From: Anaerolineae bacterium
GTDB lineage: Bacteria > Chloroflexota > Anaerolineae > DRVO01
Assembly (NCBI GenBank): GCA_013178015.1
Contig: JABLXR010000007.1
Location: forward strand, 37,682-101,681
DNA length: 64,000 nucleotides
Direction of reading: 5' to 3'
The notes under the pieces are model-generated. The model was not told where the DNA came from and did not search any database. It saw nothing but the letters and a program-made list of their open reading frames with translations. How positions within the stretch are numbered: position 1 is the stretch's first letter; every line of letters begins with the position of its first letter. Positions 19,450 through 27,809 of the stretch are shown one piece after another. The position numbers and the translations under genes are program-made.

Positions 19450-20550
19450 TCAGGAGAGCTTCATCTCCCTTATCAGCTCCACGTAGCGCATGAAGGAGCG
19501 AAACGAGATGTCGGGCAGGATCATGTCGTCCACCGCTGGAATGTAGCCCCCCTGCTCCATCAGCCAGGGGACCTTCCCCATCACCTCCCGCTCCACCGCC
19601 TCGGGCCCGTCCATCAGCGCCTGGCGCGAGATGTTGCCATACAAGAGCACGTCGCGCCCGTACTCCCGCCGCAGCTTCGCCGCGTCCATCCCCGCCGCTA
19701 CCTCCAAGGGCCCGAACAGGTTGAAGCCCGTCTCCAACAGCACCGGGATCAGGGGCTCGATGTTGCCGCTGGTGTAGAACGAAAACACCTCCACCCCCTT
19801 GCCCCGCAGGTGCTCGATCACCCTCCCCACGTAGGGCTTCCAGAAGCGCCGGTACGTCTCCGGCCCGATCAGGCTGGAGGTCTTGTACGCCAACCCATCC
19901 TCGTTGAGCACCACGTAGTCTACCGGCACCCTCTCTACCACCGGCCCCCACAACGCTATGGTGAACTCGGCCCAAAAGTCGAAGATGTCGTGCACGAAGG
20001 CGGGTTCATCGTGAAGGGCGGCCAGGAACCTCTCCAACCCCAGCATGTAGCCGTTCTTGGGCCCCCGCCCCGGCCCCCACATCATGCTCAGCCCCACCGC
20101 ACTCCCGCCAGTGCGATAGGCCTCGAATAGCTCCGGCCCCCAACTCAGGGGCAGCCGCCTTACGTCGGCGGGGTCGTAGCGACGCTTCATCGCCTCCCAG
20201 TCTTCCCGCGTCTCCACCGACCCTTTGAGATACACATACACCGTGGGGGCCACCGTCTGAGCCTTGAGCCGGCGGACGGTGAAGCCAAACTCGTCCCTGT
20301 ACGTCGTCCACTCCTCGTCCGACGACAAGGTGCGCTGAACGAAGGCGGGGATGGGACCGGTGTGGATGGGAACGAAGGTGTTGCCGTCGAAGCCCACGTA
20401 CTCCCGGATGTCCCGGCCCCAGGGGAACCCCTCCGTGCACCAGCGCCGGACGGCCTGCTCAGTGATGCCCTCCAGGTCCCAAAGGGGAACCCGATCGGGC
20501 ATCTGGAACCGGGTGATGGCGCGGAAGCGCTCTCGTGAGGTCATGCTCAT
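19450..20550 (-). CDS. Uroporphyrinogen decarboxylase (URO-D) family protein, non-haem paralog in a sugar locus
   Basis: MSMTSRERFRAITRFQMPDRVPLWDL… is a URO-D/MtaA-like N-terminus. The start is chosen at the ATG 20548-20550 (GGGAGG upstream); the track ORF begins 9 codons earlier and lacks an SD. Confidence 0.7.
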   Translation of the reverse strand: MSMTSRERFRAITRFQMPDRVPLWDLEGITEQAVRRWCTEGFPWGRDIREYVGFDGNTFVPIHTGPIPAFVQRTLSSDEEWTTYRDEFGFTVRRLKAQTVAPTVYVYLKGSVETREDWEAMKRRYDPADVRRLPLSWGPELFEAYRTGGSAVGLSMMWGPGRGPKNGYMLGLERFLAALHDEPAFVHDIFDFWAEFTIALWGPVVERVPVDYVVLNEDGLAYKTSSLIGPETYRRFWKPYVGRVIEHLRGKGVEVFSFYTSGNIEPLIPVLLETGFNLFGPLEVAAGMDAAKLRREYGRDVLLYGNISRQALMDGPEAVEREVMGKVPWLMEQGGYIPAVDDMILPDISFRSFMRYVELIREMKLS

Positions 20551-20664
20551 TGGCTTGTCAGCCTCCCAAGGCGTCATTCACCGCGGGCGGGTACCGCTGC
20601 CTGGGATCGGTAGGGCAGGGCACCGCACCTGCGTGGTGCAAAGGGCGGACGCAGTGGTCCTCCC

Positions 20665-21795
20665 CTACCCCGCCAGACTGAGGTACCGGGCCAGGAAATC
20701 GAGGCTTTCGACTCCCCGCGCCACGTGGCCCCCGTCGTGCTCGAGATAGGCGATCCTATCCTCGATGCCCAGCCGGCGGTAGTGCTCGCGGGCATCCTCG
20801 TAAGCGGCGCGCGAGGCCTCGTACCACACCGCTCCGTCCTGCCGGCCGGTCTCGGCGGCGAAGGCGCGGGGGCAGATCAGGCTCACCACGTCGGAGTCAT
20901 CGAAGTACTTGAGCCAGCCGGCGAAGAACTTGTCTTCCTCGAAGGTCTTGACGTACGGGGTGCGAGGGTAGTCATAGTCAATCATCTTGCCGATGCGCCG
21001 CTGAAAGAAGGCCGAGGACACGCTCGCCTTGATGCGGGTGTCTACCGCGGGGAAGAAGAGAGCGCTTTGGCCACCCTGGCTCAACCCGTAGAACCCGATC
21101 CGATTGGGATCTACTTCGGGAAGGGTGGACACGTAGTCCAGCAGCCGGGAGGTGCACATGAACTCGGTGCCGATGAGGCGCTCGCCAATGAGGTAGGCCT
21201 TGCGGTAGAGCTGGGTACGGGCCCGGGCCCATTCCTGATCGCCCAGGGCAGGCACGTACCGGGCTCCTCCCTCGTCGGTGCCGAAGCCCCCAACCATATG
21301 CGGCGCCAGCACGACGAAGCCCCGCTCCGCCAGGCGGATGCCCATGCGGTGGTAGCTGTAGTCCGGCCTGATGGCATCCACCACGAAGCCGCAGGCCTCT
21401 TCTGGGGTGCCGCACAAGCCGTGCTGCGCCACCACCAGAGGGCGCGGGCCGGAGCCGTGAGGGATAAGGAACAGCGCATCCTCCCACACCTCCGGCAAGA
21501 CCTGCAGCCAGAGCCGTTTCAGGGAGAAGCGCTCGGTCTGGCCCAGGTCTTCCCACCGGGGTTGGGGGTCGCAATCGGGCTGGCCACCGTAGCCGATCAT
21601 GGCGGCGAAGCGGGCCCGCATGGGCTCCATAGAGCGCTCGTATTCGGGGATGCTGCCGTAGTGCCGGTCCCAGCGTTCCACCCGGGTGTCGAAGGCCTGG
21701 TGGCAGCGCCGGGTGAAGTAGGCGTCGAACCCCTCGTAGAGGGCCCGGCGCCGTTGGTCTATGTCGGCGTAGTCAATGATGGGATCGTCGGTCAT
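20665..21795 (-). CDS. Alpha/beta-hydrolase, acetyl-esterase-like (G-x-S-Q-G nucleophile elbow)
   Basis: GFYGLSQGGQ motif, as in CE7-type acetyl esterases and dienelactone hydrolase-like folds. An alternative start at 21867 is possible; the ATG at 21795 has a GGAG SD. Confidence 0.6.
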   Translation of the reverse strand: MTDDPIIDYADIDQRRRALYEGFDAYFTRRCHQAFDTRVERWDRHYGSIPEYERSMEPMRARFAAMIGYGGQPDCDPQPRWEDLGQTERFSLKRLWLQVLPEVWEDALFLIPHGSGPRPLVVAQHGLCGTPEEACGFVVDAIRPDYSYHRMGIRLAERGFVVLAPHMVGGFGTDEGGARYVPALGDQEWARARTQLYRKAYLIGERLIGTEFMCTSRLLDYVSTLPEVDPNRIGFYGLSQGGQSALFFPAVDTRIKASVSSAFFQRRIGKMIDYDYPRTPYVKTFEEDKFFAGWLKYFDDSDVVSLICPRAFAAETGRQDGAVWYEASRAAYEDAREHYRRLGIEDRIAYLEHDGGHVARGVESLDFLARYLSLAG

Positions 21796-21870
21796 GGGAA
21801 CTCCGTGGCGATCTAGAGCTGCTGCCCACCACCCCGGCTCAACAGGGGCGAAGCTGGCTTCGGGCAAAGG

Positions 21871-22935
21871 CTACTGGTATGAACCGTACTTCCTGACACA
21901 CTCCATCAGCCAGGTGTAGGCGGCGAAGCTTACCCCCGGAGGCACCGAGTGGTCTATGTGGTAGAGGTAGCCTCCCCCCTTCTTAGCATAGCCTACCTTG
22001 CTGCGGACCTCTTCCTCAATCGCGTCTCTGTCCCCTTGCGCCACTACGTCGGCGCTGATGTTCCCGAAGAAGGCGATCTCGTGTCCGTATCGCCTCCTGT
22101 ACTCCCGGACGTCGTTGCCCGCCCGAGCCTCCAGCGGCTGAACACAGTCCACACCAGCCTCGATCAGCAACGGTATCAGCTCCGAGACATCGCCGTCGCA
22201 GTGGTAGATCACCTTGAGGCCCAGCGCGTGGCAGCGATCACAGATCCGACAAAGACGCGGCAACACGTGCCTCCGGTAGACTCGGGGCGAGAAGAGCATC
22301 CCATTGCGGTAGCACAGGTCACTGAAGAACCAAAGCGCATCAACTGCGATTTCCTGCCTGGTGACCTCGTCCAGCATCCCCAGCACGAACTGCGTCACCG
22401 TCTCCAGCACGTCGTCGAGAAAGCCCGGCTGCTCCAGCATGGCTGGCAGAGCGGTCTCCGCGCCCAGGGTGCGGATGAAGAACCAGGCCGGCTCAACCGG
22501 TGAGATCACCACATACTCGCCTCGCGCCTGGGCTGCCGCCGCCGCCTCCCGCGCCCCTGGTGACAACCGGTCCGGTCCTGGTTGCAGGCGGTGCCGGACC
22601 TTCCGCCACTGGTCGAAGGTTGCGATGCGCCACCCGATCTCCGAGGGCGGGGCGTAGGAGTCCTTCCAAGTCTTCATGAGGACGCCGTCGGCGTTCCACT
22701 CCAGCCGGTAGGCCTCGCCTTCTTCCTGAATGGCGGTGGGAAGCTGCAGAGTAGAGTCAATGCCCACCGTGTGGATCCGGTCCAGGCCGAAGTAGTCCCG
22801 CGGGTCGGTTCCCACAGGGAGTCCCTCCTGCTCCCAGCGACGGATGGTGTCCGGCCAGTAAGAGATGTCCACCATGGGCACGCAATCACCCTCTTGATGA
22901 CTCAAGGCTGTGATGATGCGCTCTCGGCCAGTCAT
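21871..22935 (-). CDS. Uroporphyrinogen decarboxylase (URO-D) family protein, second paralog
   Basis: MTGRERIITALSHQEGDCVPMVDISYW… N-terminus typical of the URO-D family. Paralogous to 19450..20550. Confidence 0.75.
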   Translation of the reverse strand: MTGRERIITALSHQEGDCVPMVDISYWPDTIRRWEQEGLPVGTDPRDYFGLDRIHTVGIDSTLQLPTAIQEEGEAYRLEWNADGVLMKTWKDSYAPPSEIGWRIATFDQWRKVRHRLQPGPDRLSPGAREAAAAAQARGEYVVISPVEPAWFFIRTLGAETALPAMLEQPGFLDDVLETVTQFVLGMLDEVTRQEIAVDALWFFSDLCYRNGMLFSPRVYRRHVLPRLCRICDRCHALGLKVIYHCDGDVSELIPLLIEAGVDCVQPLEARAGNDVREYRRRYGHEIAFFGNISADVVAQGDRDAIEEEVRSKVGYAKKGGGYLYHIDHSVPPGVSFAAYTWLMECVRKYGSYQ

Positions 22936-23028
22936 GATCCTGATCCCACAGGTCTTGGAGTGCAGAAACTGGGGGCAGACAGCCTGCTGCCTGCCCCCTG
23001 CGTCAGAGGGTGCCTTAAGACGACGCAG

Positions 23029-24405
23029 CTAGCTGTGCTTGGCGTTCCAGGCGTCTAGCACCTCTTGAGCAAACTGGTTGACCTCATCGAGGAACGCCTG
23101 GATGGGCATCTCCACCTCACCGGACAGGATAGAGGGCCACAGTTCGTTATAGCGCTCCAGCATCGGGTTCACTTCAGGATGGTTCATCGTAGGCACGCCG
23201 AAGTCGAGTGCCTCCAAGTAGCGCTCAATGTGCTTCGGGGGGAGATCACGGCGAAGGAACCTATCGCTCTCCGCAATCTCCCGTACTGCCGGGATCGTGG
23301 CCGCATCCAGGGCTGCCTGCTCTAACTGGGTAGTGCAGAACCAGAGGGTGAAGTCCCAGGCCTCCTGCAGATGCTGGGTTCCACTTATGATGGCCATCTC
23401 CTCAGTGTAGATCGAAGAGTAGCGCCACTTCTTGCCGTTGGCCTCCAGGTACGGCACCGGGGCGATGTCCCACTCGAAGTCGGTGACATCGTTGCGGAAG
23501 GTCGGCACCATCCAGATGTAACCCCAGTGGTTGCCGATTAGGTTGGAGGCGAAGTAGGGCATCATGCCCATCTCGCTGGTGACCTCGGGTGGGGCTGCGA
23601 TCTCGTACTTGCGCACCAGGTCATAGTACATCTGCATGCTTGCGACCCGCTCCGGGCTGTTGAGGTCCATCTCCAACCACTGGTCATTCTTGGATCCCAT
23701 GTTCCCGCCCATGGCCACCAACCAGTGCATCGAGTAGCCCTGGTCCAGCGTAGCAGCGAACTTCTTGTTGGCCGGGTCGGTCATGCTCGGGCCCCAAGTT
23801 ATGAGGTCGCCGAAGGTCCAGTCCCCCGTCTCCGCCGGTGGCTCGACTCCTGCCTCTGCGTAGATGTCGAGGTTGTTCGCCACCACGCAGGAAAGCAGCC
23901 CGAGAGGCATGGCGCTCAGCTTCCCGTCCCAAGTCAGACCAGAGATGGCGACGTCCCAGAAGATGCTCTTGTCCACGTTGTTCTGAACGAACAGTTCGTC
24001 CAGAGGCATGAACACGCCTTCCACCGCCCACTTGGGCCAGCCGTAGCCATGCCAGGCGACATCGGGCGGCGTGCCACCAGCAATGGCCACCGTGAGCTTC
24101 TCATCCGGGTTGGTGTTGTACATGGGCTCGATCTCGATGTGGGGAAACGCCTCCATGTACGAAGCGAAGGCCGTCTCCCCCCACCGAGTCTTGGCCGGCG
24201 TGTACTGCGGCCATTCCACCACTAGCTTGATCTTCTCCCCCTCAGCGGCAGGCTCAGCCTGAGCGGGAGCTTCGGTTGCGGCCGCCGCTGGCTCACCCGC
24301 TTGTGGCGCAGGTGAGGCTCCAGCGCAAGCGGCCAGTAGGACCCCCGCACTCACCAGAGCAGAGCCCTTCAGTAACGAACGGCGGCTAATCCCCTTGCTC
24401 TCCAT
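23029..24405 (-). CDS. Extracellular solute-binding lipoprotein of a sugar ABC transporter
   Basis: MESKGISRRSLLKGSALVSAGVLLAACAG has a lipobox. ATG at 24403-24405 with an AGGAGG SD; the track ORF is extended by 20 codons. Confidence 0.8.
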   Translation of the reverse strand: MESKGISRRSLLKGSALVSAGVLLAACAGASPAPQAGEPAAAATEAPAQAEPAAEGEKIKLVVEWPQYTPAKTRWGETAFASYMEAFPHIEIEPMYNTNPDEKLTVAIAGGTPPDVAWHGYGWPKWAVEGVFMPLDELFVQNNVDKSIFWDVAISGLTWDGKLSAMPLGLLSCVVANNLDIYAEAGVEPPAETGDWTFGDLITWGPSMTDPANKKFAATLDQGYSMHWLVAMGGNMGSKNDQWLEMDLNSPERVASMQMYYDLVRKYEIAAPPEVTSEMGMMPYFASNLIGNHWGYIWMVPTFRNDVTDFEWDIAPVPYLEANGKKWRYSSIYTEEMAIISGTQHLQEAWDFTLWFCTTQLEQAALDAATIPAVREIAESDRFLRRDLPPKHIERYLEALDFGVPTMNHPEVNPMLERYNELWPSILSGEVEMPIQAFLDEVNQFAQEVLDAWNAKHS

Positions 24406-24486
24406 CTCTCTGCCTCCTCTAGTCACGCGACGGTTATCCGCTTTGAGCCCCGCGGCCCGGTGCACAGCCGGTGGCGCAAGGCTTGC

Positions 24487-25389
24487 CTAACCCTTGATGC
24501 CCGTCATCACCAGCCCCTCGATGAAGTAACGCTGGAACAGGAAGAAGATGATGAGCGGTGCCACCGCCACCATCAGGGTGGCAGCCATGAGGTAGTTCCA
24601 CTCGGTGGTATACGGTCCCTTGAACCGGTAGAGACCGAGGGCCAGGGTGAAGTTCTTCTGAGAGTGCAAGTAGATCAAGGGGCCAAAGAAGTCGTTCCAG
24701 TGGCCGATGAACAGGAAGATGGCCACTGCCCCCAGCGCCGGCCGGGCTAGAGGCATCAGGATGTTCCAGTAGATGCGGAAGTTGCTGCAGCCATCTATTC
24801 GAGCCGCATCATCCAAGTCGTAGGGTATGGTCATTAGGTACTGCCGGAGCAGGAAGATGTAGAAGGCGCCTCCGCCCAGGAACGAAGGGACAATCAATGG
24901 CTTCAGGGTGTTGATCCATCCCAGGTGCCTGAAGATTATGTAGACTGGGATCATAGTGACATACCCGGGCAGCATCATGGTCGCCAGCACGATCATGAAC
25001 CAGATATCTCGGCCCTTGAACCTCAGGCGGGCGAAGGCGTAAGCCGCCATTGACGAAGACAGCATCGCACCGATGATGGTAGTCGTTGTGATCAGAAGCG
25101 AGTTCTTCAGCAGGACCGGGAAGTGCATTTGCTCGAACGCGGTAGCGTAGTTGTGCCACTGAGGCTCTGAAGGGAACCACTTGGGCGGATAGGCGAAGAC
25201 CTCTCCTCCGGTCTTTAGCGACGACATCGCCATCCAGAAGAGGGGCAGCAGGTAGAAGAACCCACCTGCGCTCAGAGTAGCCACCACTGCCAGCCGCTGC
25301 AATCGCCGGGCGGTTCTCATGCCTACTCCAGCTGCACTACGGCCCTCGATTCCCGCCGGTCTCGCTGACGCCCGGGATGCTGAGGTCAC
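24487..25389 (-). CDS. Sugar ABC transporter permease (MalG-like)
   Basis: EAA loop DLDDAARIDGCSNFRIYWNILMP. GTG start directly after the upstream stop (translational coupling) with AGGAGGGG upstream; an alternative ATG lies at 25320. Confidence 0.8.
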   Translation of the reverse strand: MTSASRASARPAGIEGRSAAGVGMRTARRLQRLAVVATLSAGGFFYLLPLFWMAMSSLKTGGEVFAYPPKWFPSEPQWHNYATAFEQMHFPVLLKNSLLITTTTIIGAMLSSSMAAYAFARLRFKGRDIWFMIVLATMMLPGYVTMIPVYIIFRHLGWINTLKPLIVPSFLGGGAFYIFLLRQYLMTIPYDLDDAARIDGCSNFRIYWNILMPLARPALGAVAIFLFIGHWNDFFGPLIYLHSQKNFTLALGLYRFKGPYTTEWNYLMAATLMVAVAPLIIFFLFQRYFIEGLVMTGIKG

Positions 25390-26337
25390 CTAGCCCCTCC
25401 TGCCGCCGCGCAGTGACGCCTCATAGTGCACCCACATGGGCGAGCTCTGGAACACCATGAGCGTCAGGACCAGGATGATGACGAAGAGGACCCAAGCCAT
25501 AGCCGACGCGTACCCCATTCTGAAGTACTGAAAAGCGTTCCTGTACAGGAGCAGAACATAGAAGAGAGTGGCGTTGTTGGGCCCTCCGCCGGTCATGATG
25601 AAGGACTGAGTGAAGGTCTGCAGCGCCCCTATGATTCCCATCACCAGGCTGAAGAAGATGGTCGGGGTCAGCTGCGGAATGGTCACAAACCGGAACTCCT
25701 GCAGCGTGTTGGCACCGTCAATCTTAGCTGATTCGTACAGATGAGCAGGGATGTTCTGCAGGCCCGCCAGGAAGATGATAACGCTGCCGCCTACGCCCCA
25801 GAGGCTCATGAGCACCAGCGCCCACAGTGCCCACCTTTGGCTGGTGAGCCAGCGAACCGGCTGTATGCCCACCAGCTCCAGGAGCCAGTTGAACAGGCCA
25901 AAGTTGGCGCTGAAGAGCAGCATCCAGATCAGCGACACGGCCACTCCGCCCAGAATGGTGGGCAGGTAGTACACCGTCCGGAAGGCCAGTATGCCCCGGA
26001 TGCGGACATTCAGCAGGAGAGCAAGAAGTATGGCGAGGCTCATTCCGAGCGGAATGCTCGAGACGCTGTAGACGAAGGTGACTCTGAGCGCTGTGGGAAA
26101 CAGCCGGTCCGAAAGCAGCTCCCGGTAGTTGGCCAGGCCGACCCACGTGGCGCCGCTCAGCAGCGGGTAGTCGGTCAGGCTGTAGTACAGCGACGCGACC
26201 ATAGGCCCCAGAGTCAGCCCAAAGAACCCGATCAGCCACGGTAGGATGAACAGGTAGCCGTCCAGGTTCTCCCGATCGCTGGAGCTCAAGCGGAACCACT
26301 TGCGCTCAGTGGACACCTCCGCTACTGCCAAAGACAC
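25390..26337 (-). CDS. Sugar ABC transporter permease (MalF/UgpA-like)
   Basis: EAA loop LYESAKIDGANTLQEFRFVTIP and 6 TM segments. GTG start. Confidence 0.8.
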   Translation of the reverse strand: MSLAVAEVSTERKWFRLSSSDRENLDGYLFILPWLIGFFGLTLGPMVASLYYSLTDYPLLSGATWVGLANYRELLSDRLFPTALRVTFVYSVSSIPLGMSLAILLALLLNVRIRGILAFRTVYYLPTILGGVAVSLIWMLLFSANFGLFNWLLELVGIQPVRWLTSQRWALWALVLMSLWGVGGSVIIFLAGLQNIPAHLYESAKIDGANTLQEFRFVTIPQLTPTIFFSLVMGIIGALQTFTQSFIMTGGGPNNATLFYVLLLYRNAFQYFRMGYASAMAWVLFVIILVLTLMVFQSSPMWVHYEASLRGGRRG

Positions 26338-26636
26338 ACCCTCCGTGGTGGCGTAGCCCTCGAGCAGCTACACCTCGACACATTCACCGGCCCTCAGAGG
26401 CCGGCCGCCATAGGGACCTGCAAGCTACCGATCCCTATGGATTCCCGCCGCCTATGTCAGCAGCTATAATGATGACGCATGAGGAGCGCAAGAGGAATGT
26501 CATCGCTCTGCCATCTGGCTGCCAACTCTCAGCTTCGGCTATCCGCCGGGGTCGGCCATCCGGCCTGTCTTCCCGCAGAGGCCGAGCAGGCCCGCCCCAC
26601 CCCGGCTTGGCAGACCGCTGGGAGCATCACGGCCGC

Positions 26637-27809
26637 ATGAACGTGGACACGGACACCGCTCGCTGGCTACTGGCCCACCTCAACGACAACCCGGCCCTCA
26701 GTAGTACCGAGTTGCTGCCTGGCCTGCCCGGCCTGCGGGAAGCCCAGCCCCTGAGCCGGGCCGATGCCCTCCGGGCCATAGTGCTGGACTGTATAGAGTT
26801 CCTGCGCCCTCCCCGAGGGGGCACCATCCGCAGCCCTGAGGCCCGGAGCTACGCCGTCCTCTGGCTCCGCTACGTGGAGGGAATGACAGTCGAGGAGGTG
26901 GGTGAGGAGATCAACCTCAGCGAGCGCCAGGTTCACCGAGAGCTCAGGGCAGCCGAAGCCAAGTTCGCCGACGTGCTATCCACCCACCTGGCCACGATCG
27001 CCCAGACCAGCAATGCCGCCGGACCGGGTAGTCGAGAGACTCAAGAGATAAGCGTGGCCGTCCGGCCGGCGCAGTTCGGGCTCGCCCGGGCCATACAGGC
27101 CACCATTGGCACCATTGAGCCCCTGGCCAAGAGCCTGGGGCGCACGGTGTCCCTCGACGTCGACCTGACCGACGATCACCTGTTCGCCGACGAGGGGGTT
27201 CTGCGCCAGTTGCTCATCCAGAGCTTGAGTCTGGTGTTGCAGAGTTCCGCCGAGGGTTGTGTACGGATTGTTGTGTCCGGCGCGAGCGAGAGGATGGCTG
27301 AGGTCAAGATCGGCCCGGTCCCGCTCGCAGGCATTGTCAGCCCCCAGGCAGTTGAGGGCCTCCGGAAGCTGGCAACCGCCCTTAACCTGGAGCTATCAAT
27401 CCGAGAGGACAGGACGTCCCTGGGCATCGCCCTCAAAGTGCCTCTGCACCAACCCAAAACAGTGATGGTGGTGGAGGACAGCACGGTGGCGGTGGAGTTG
27501 TACCGGCGCTACCTGGAGCCGGGCGGATTCTGGCGCGTGGTGGGCGTGTCCGAACCCAGGTTGGCATACGACATGGCCCGAAACCTTCAGCCGTCCGTTA
27601 TAGTCCTGGATCTGCTCATGCCAGGCACCGATGGGTGGACTATCCTTAACGTCCTGCGGGCAAGAGAAGACACGGCGGACATACCGGTGATAGTCTGTTC
27701 CGTATTCGAGGACCCACTGCTGGCAGAGGCTCTGGGAGCTAAGGCGCACTTGCGCAAGCCAGTGTCCCAGGTCCAGCTGCTGTCCGCCGTGAACCGCTGG
27801 GCTCGCTGA
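26637..27809 (+). CDS. Atypical response regulator, paralog of 12913..14145 (sigma70-r4-like HTH, kinase-like middle, C-terminal receiver)
   Basis: HTH-like segment SYAVLWLRYVEGMTVEEVGEEINLSERQVHRELRAAE. Kinase-N-box-like segment VLRQLLIQSLSLVLQSSAEGCVRIVVSG. Receiver VMVVEDS…VLDLLMP…LRKP. The track ORF starts at 26454, but a perfect TATAAT at 26465-26470 and alignment with the paralog favour the ATG at 26637. Confidence 0.7.
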   Translation: MNVDTDTARWLLAHLNDNPALSSTELLPGLPGLREAQPLSRADALRAIVLDCIEFLRPPRGGTIRSPEARSYAVLWLRYVEGMTVEEVGEEINLSERQVHRELRAAEAKFADVLSTHLATIAQTSNAAGPGSRETQEISVAVRPAQFGLARAIQATIGTIEPLAKSLGRTVSLDVDLTDDHLFADEGVLRQLLIQSLSLVLQSSAEGCVRIVVSGASERMAEVKIGPVPLAGIVSPQAVEGLRKLATALNLELSIREDRTSLGIALKVPLHQPKTVMVVEDSTVAVELYRRYLEPGGFWRVVGVSEPRLAYDMARNLQPSVIVLDLLMPGTDGWTILNVLRAREDTADIPVIVCSVFEDPLLAEALGAKAHLRKPVSQVQLLSAVNRWAR

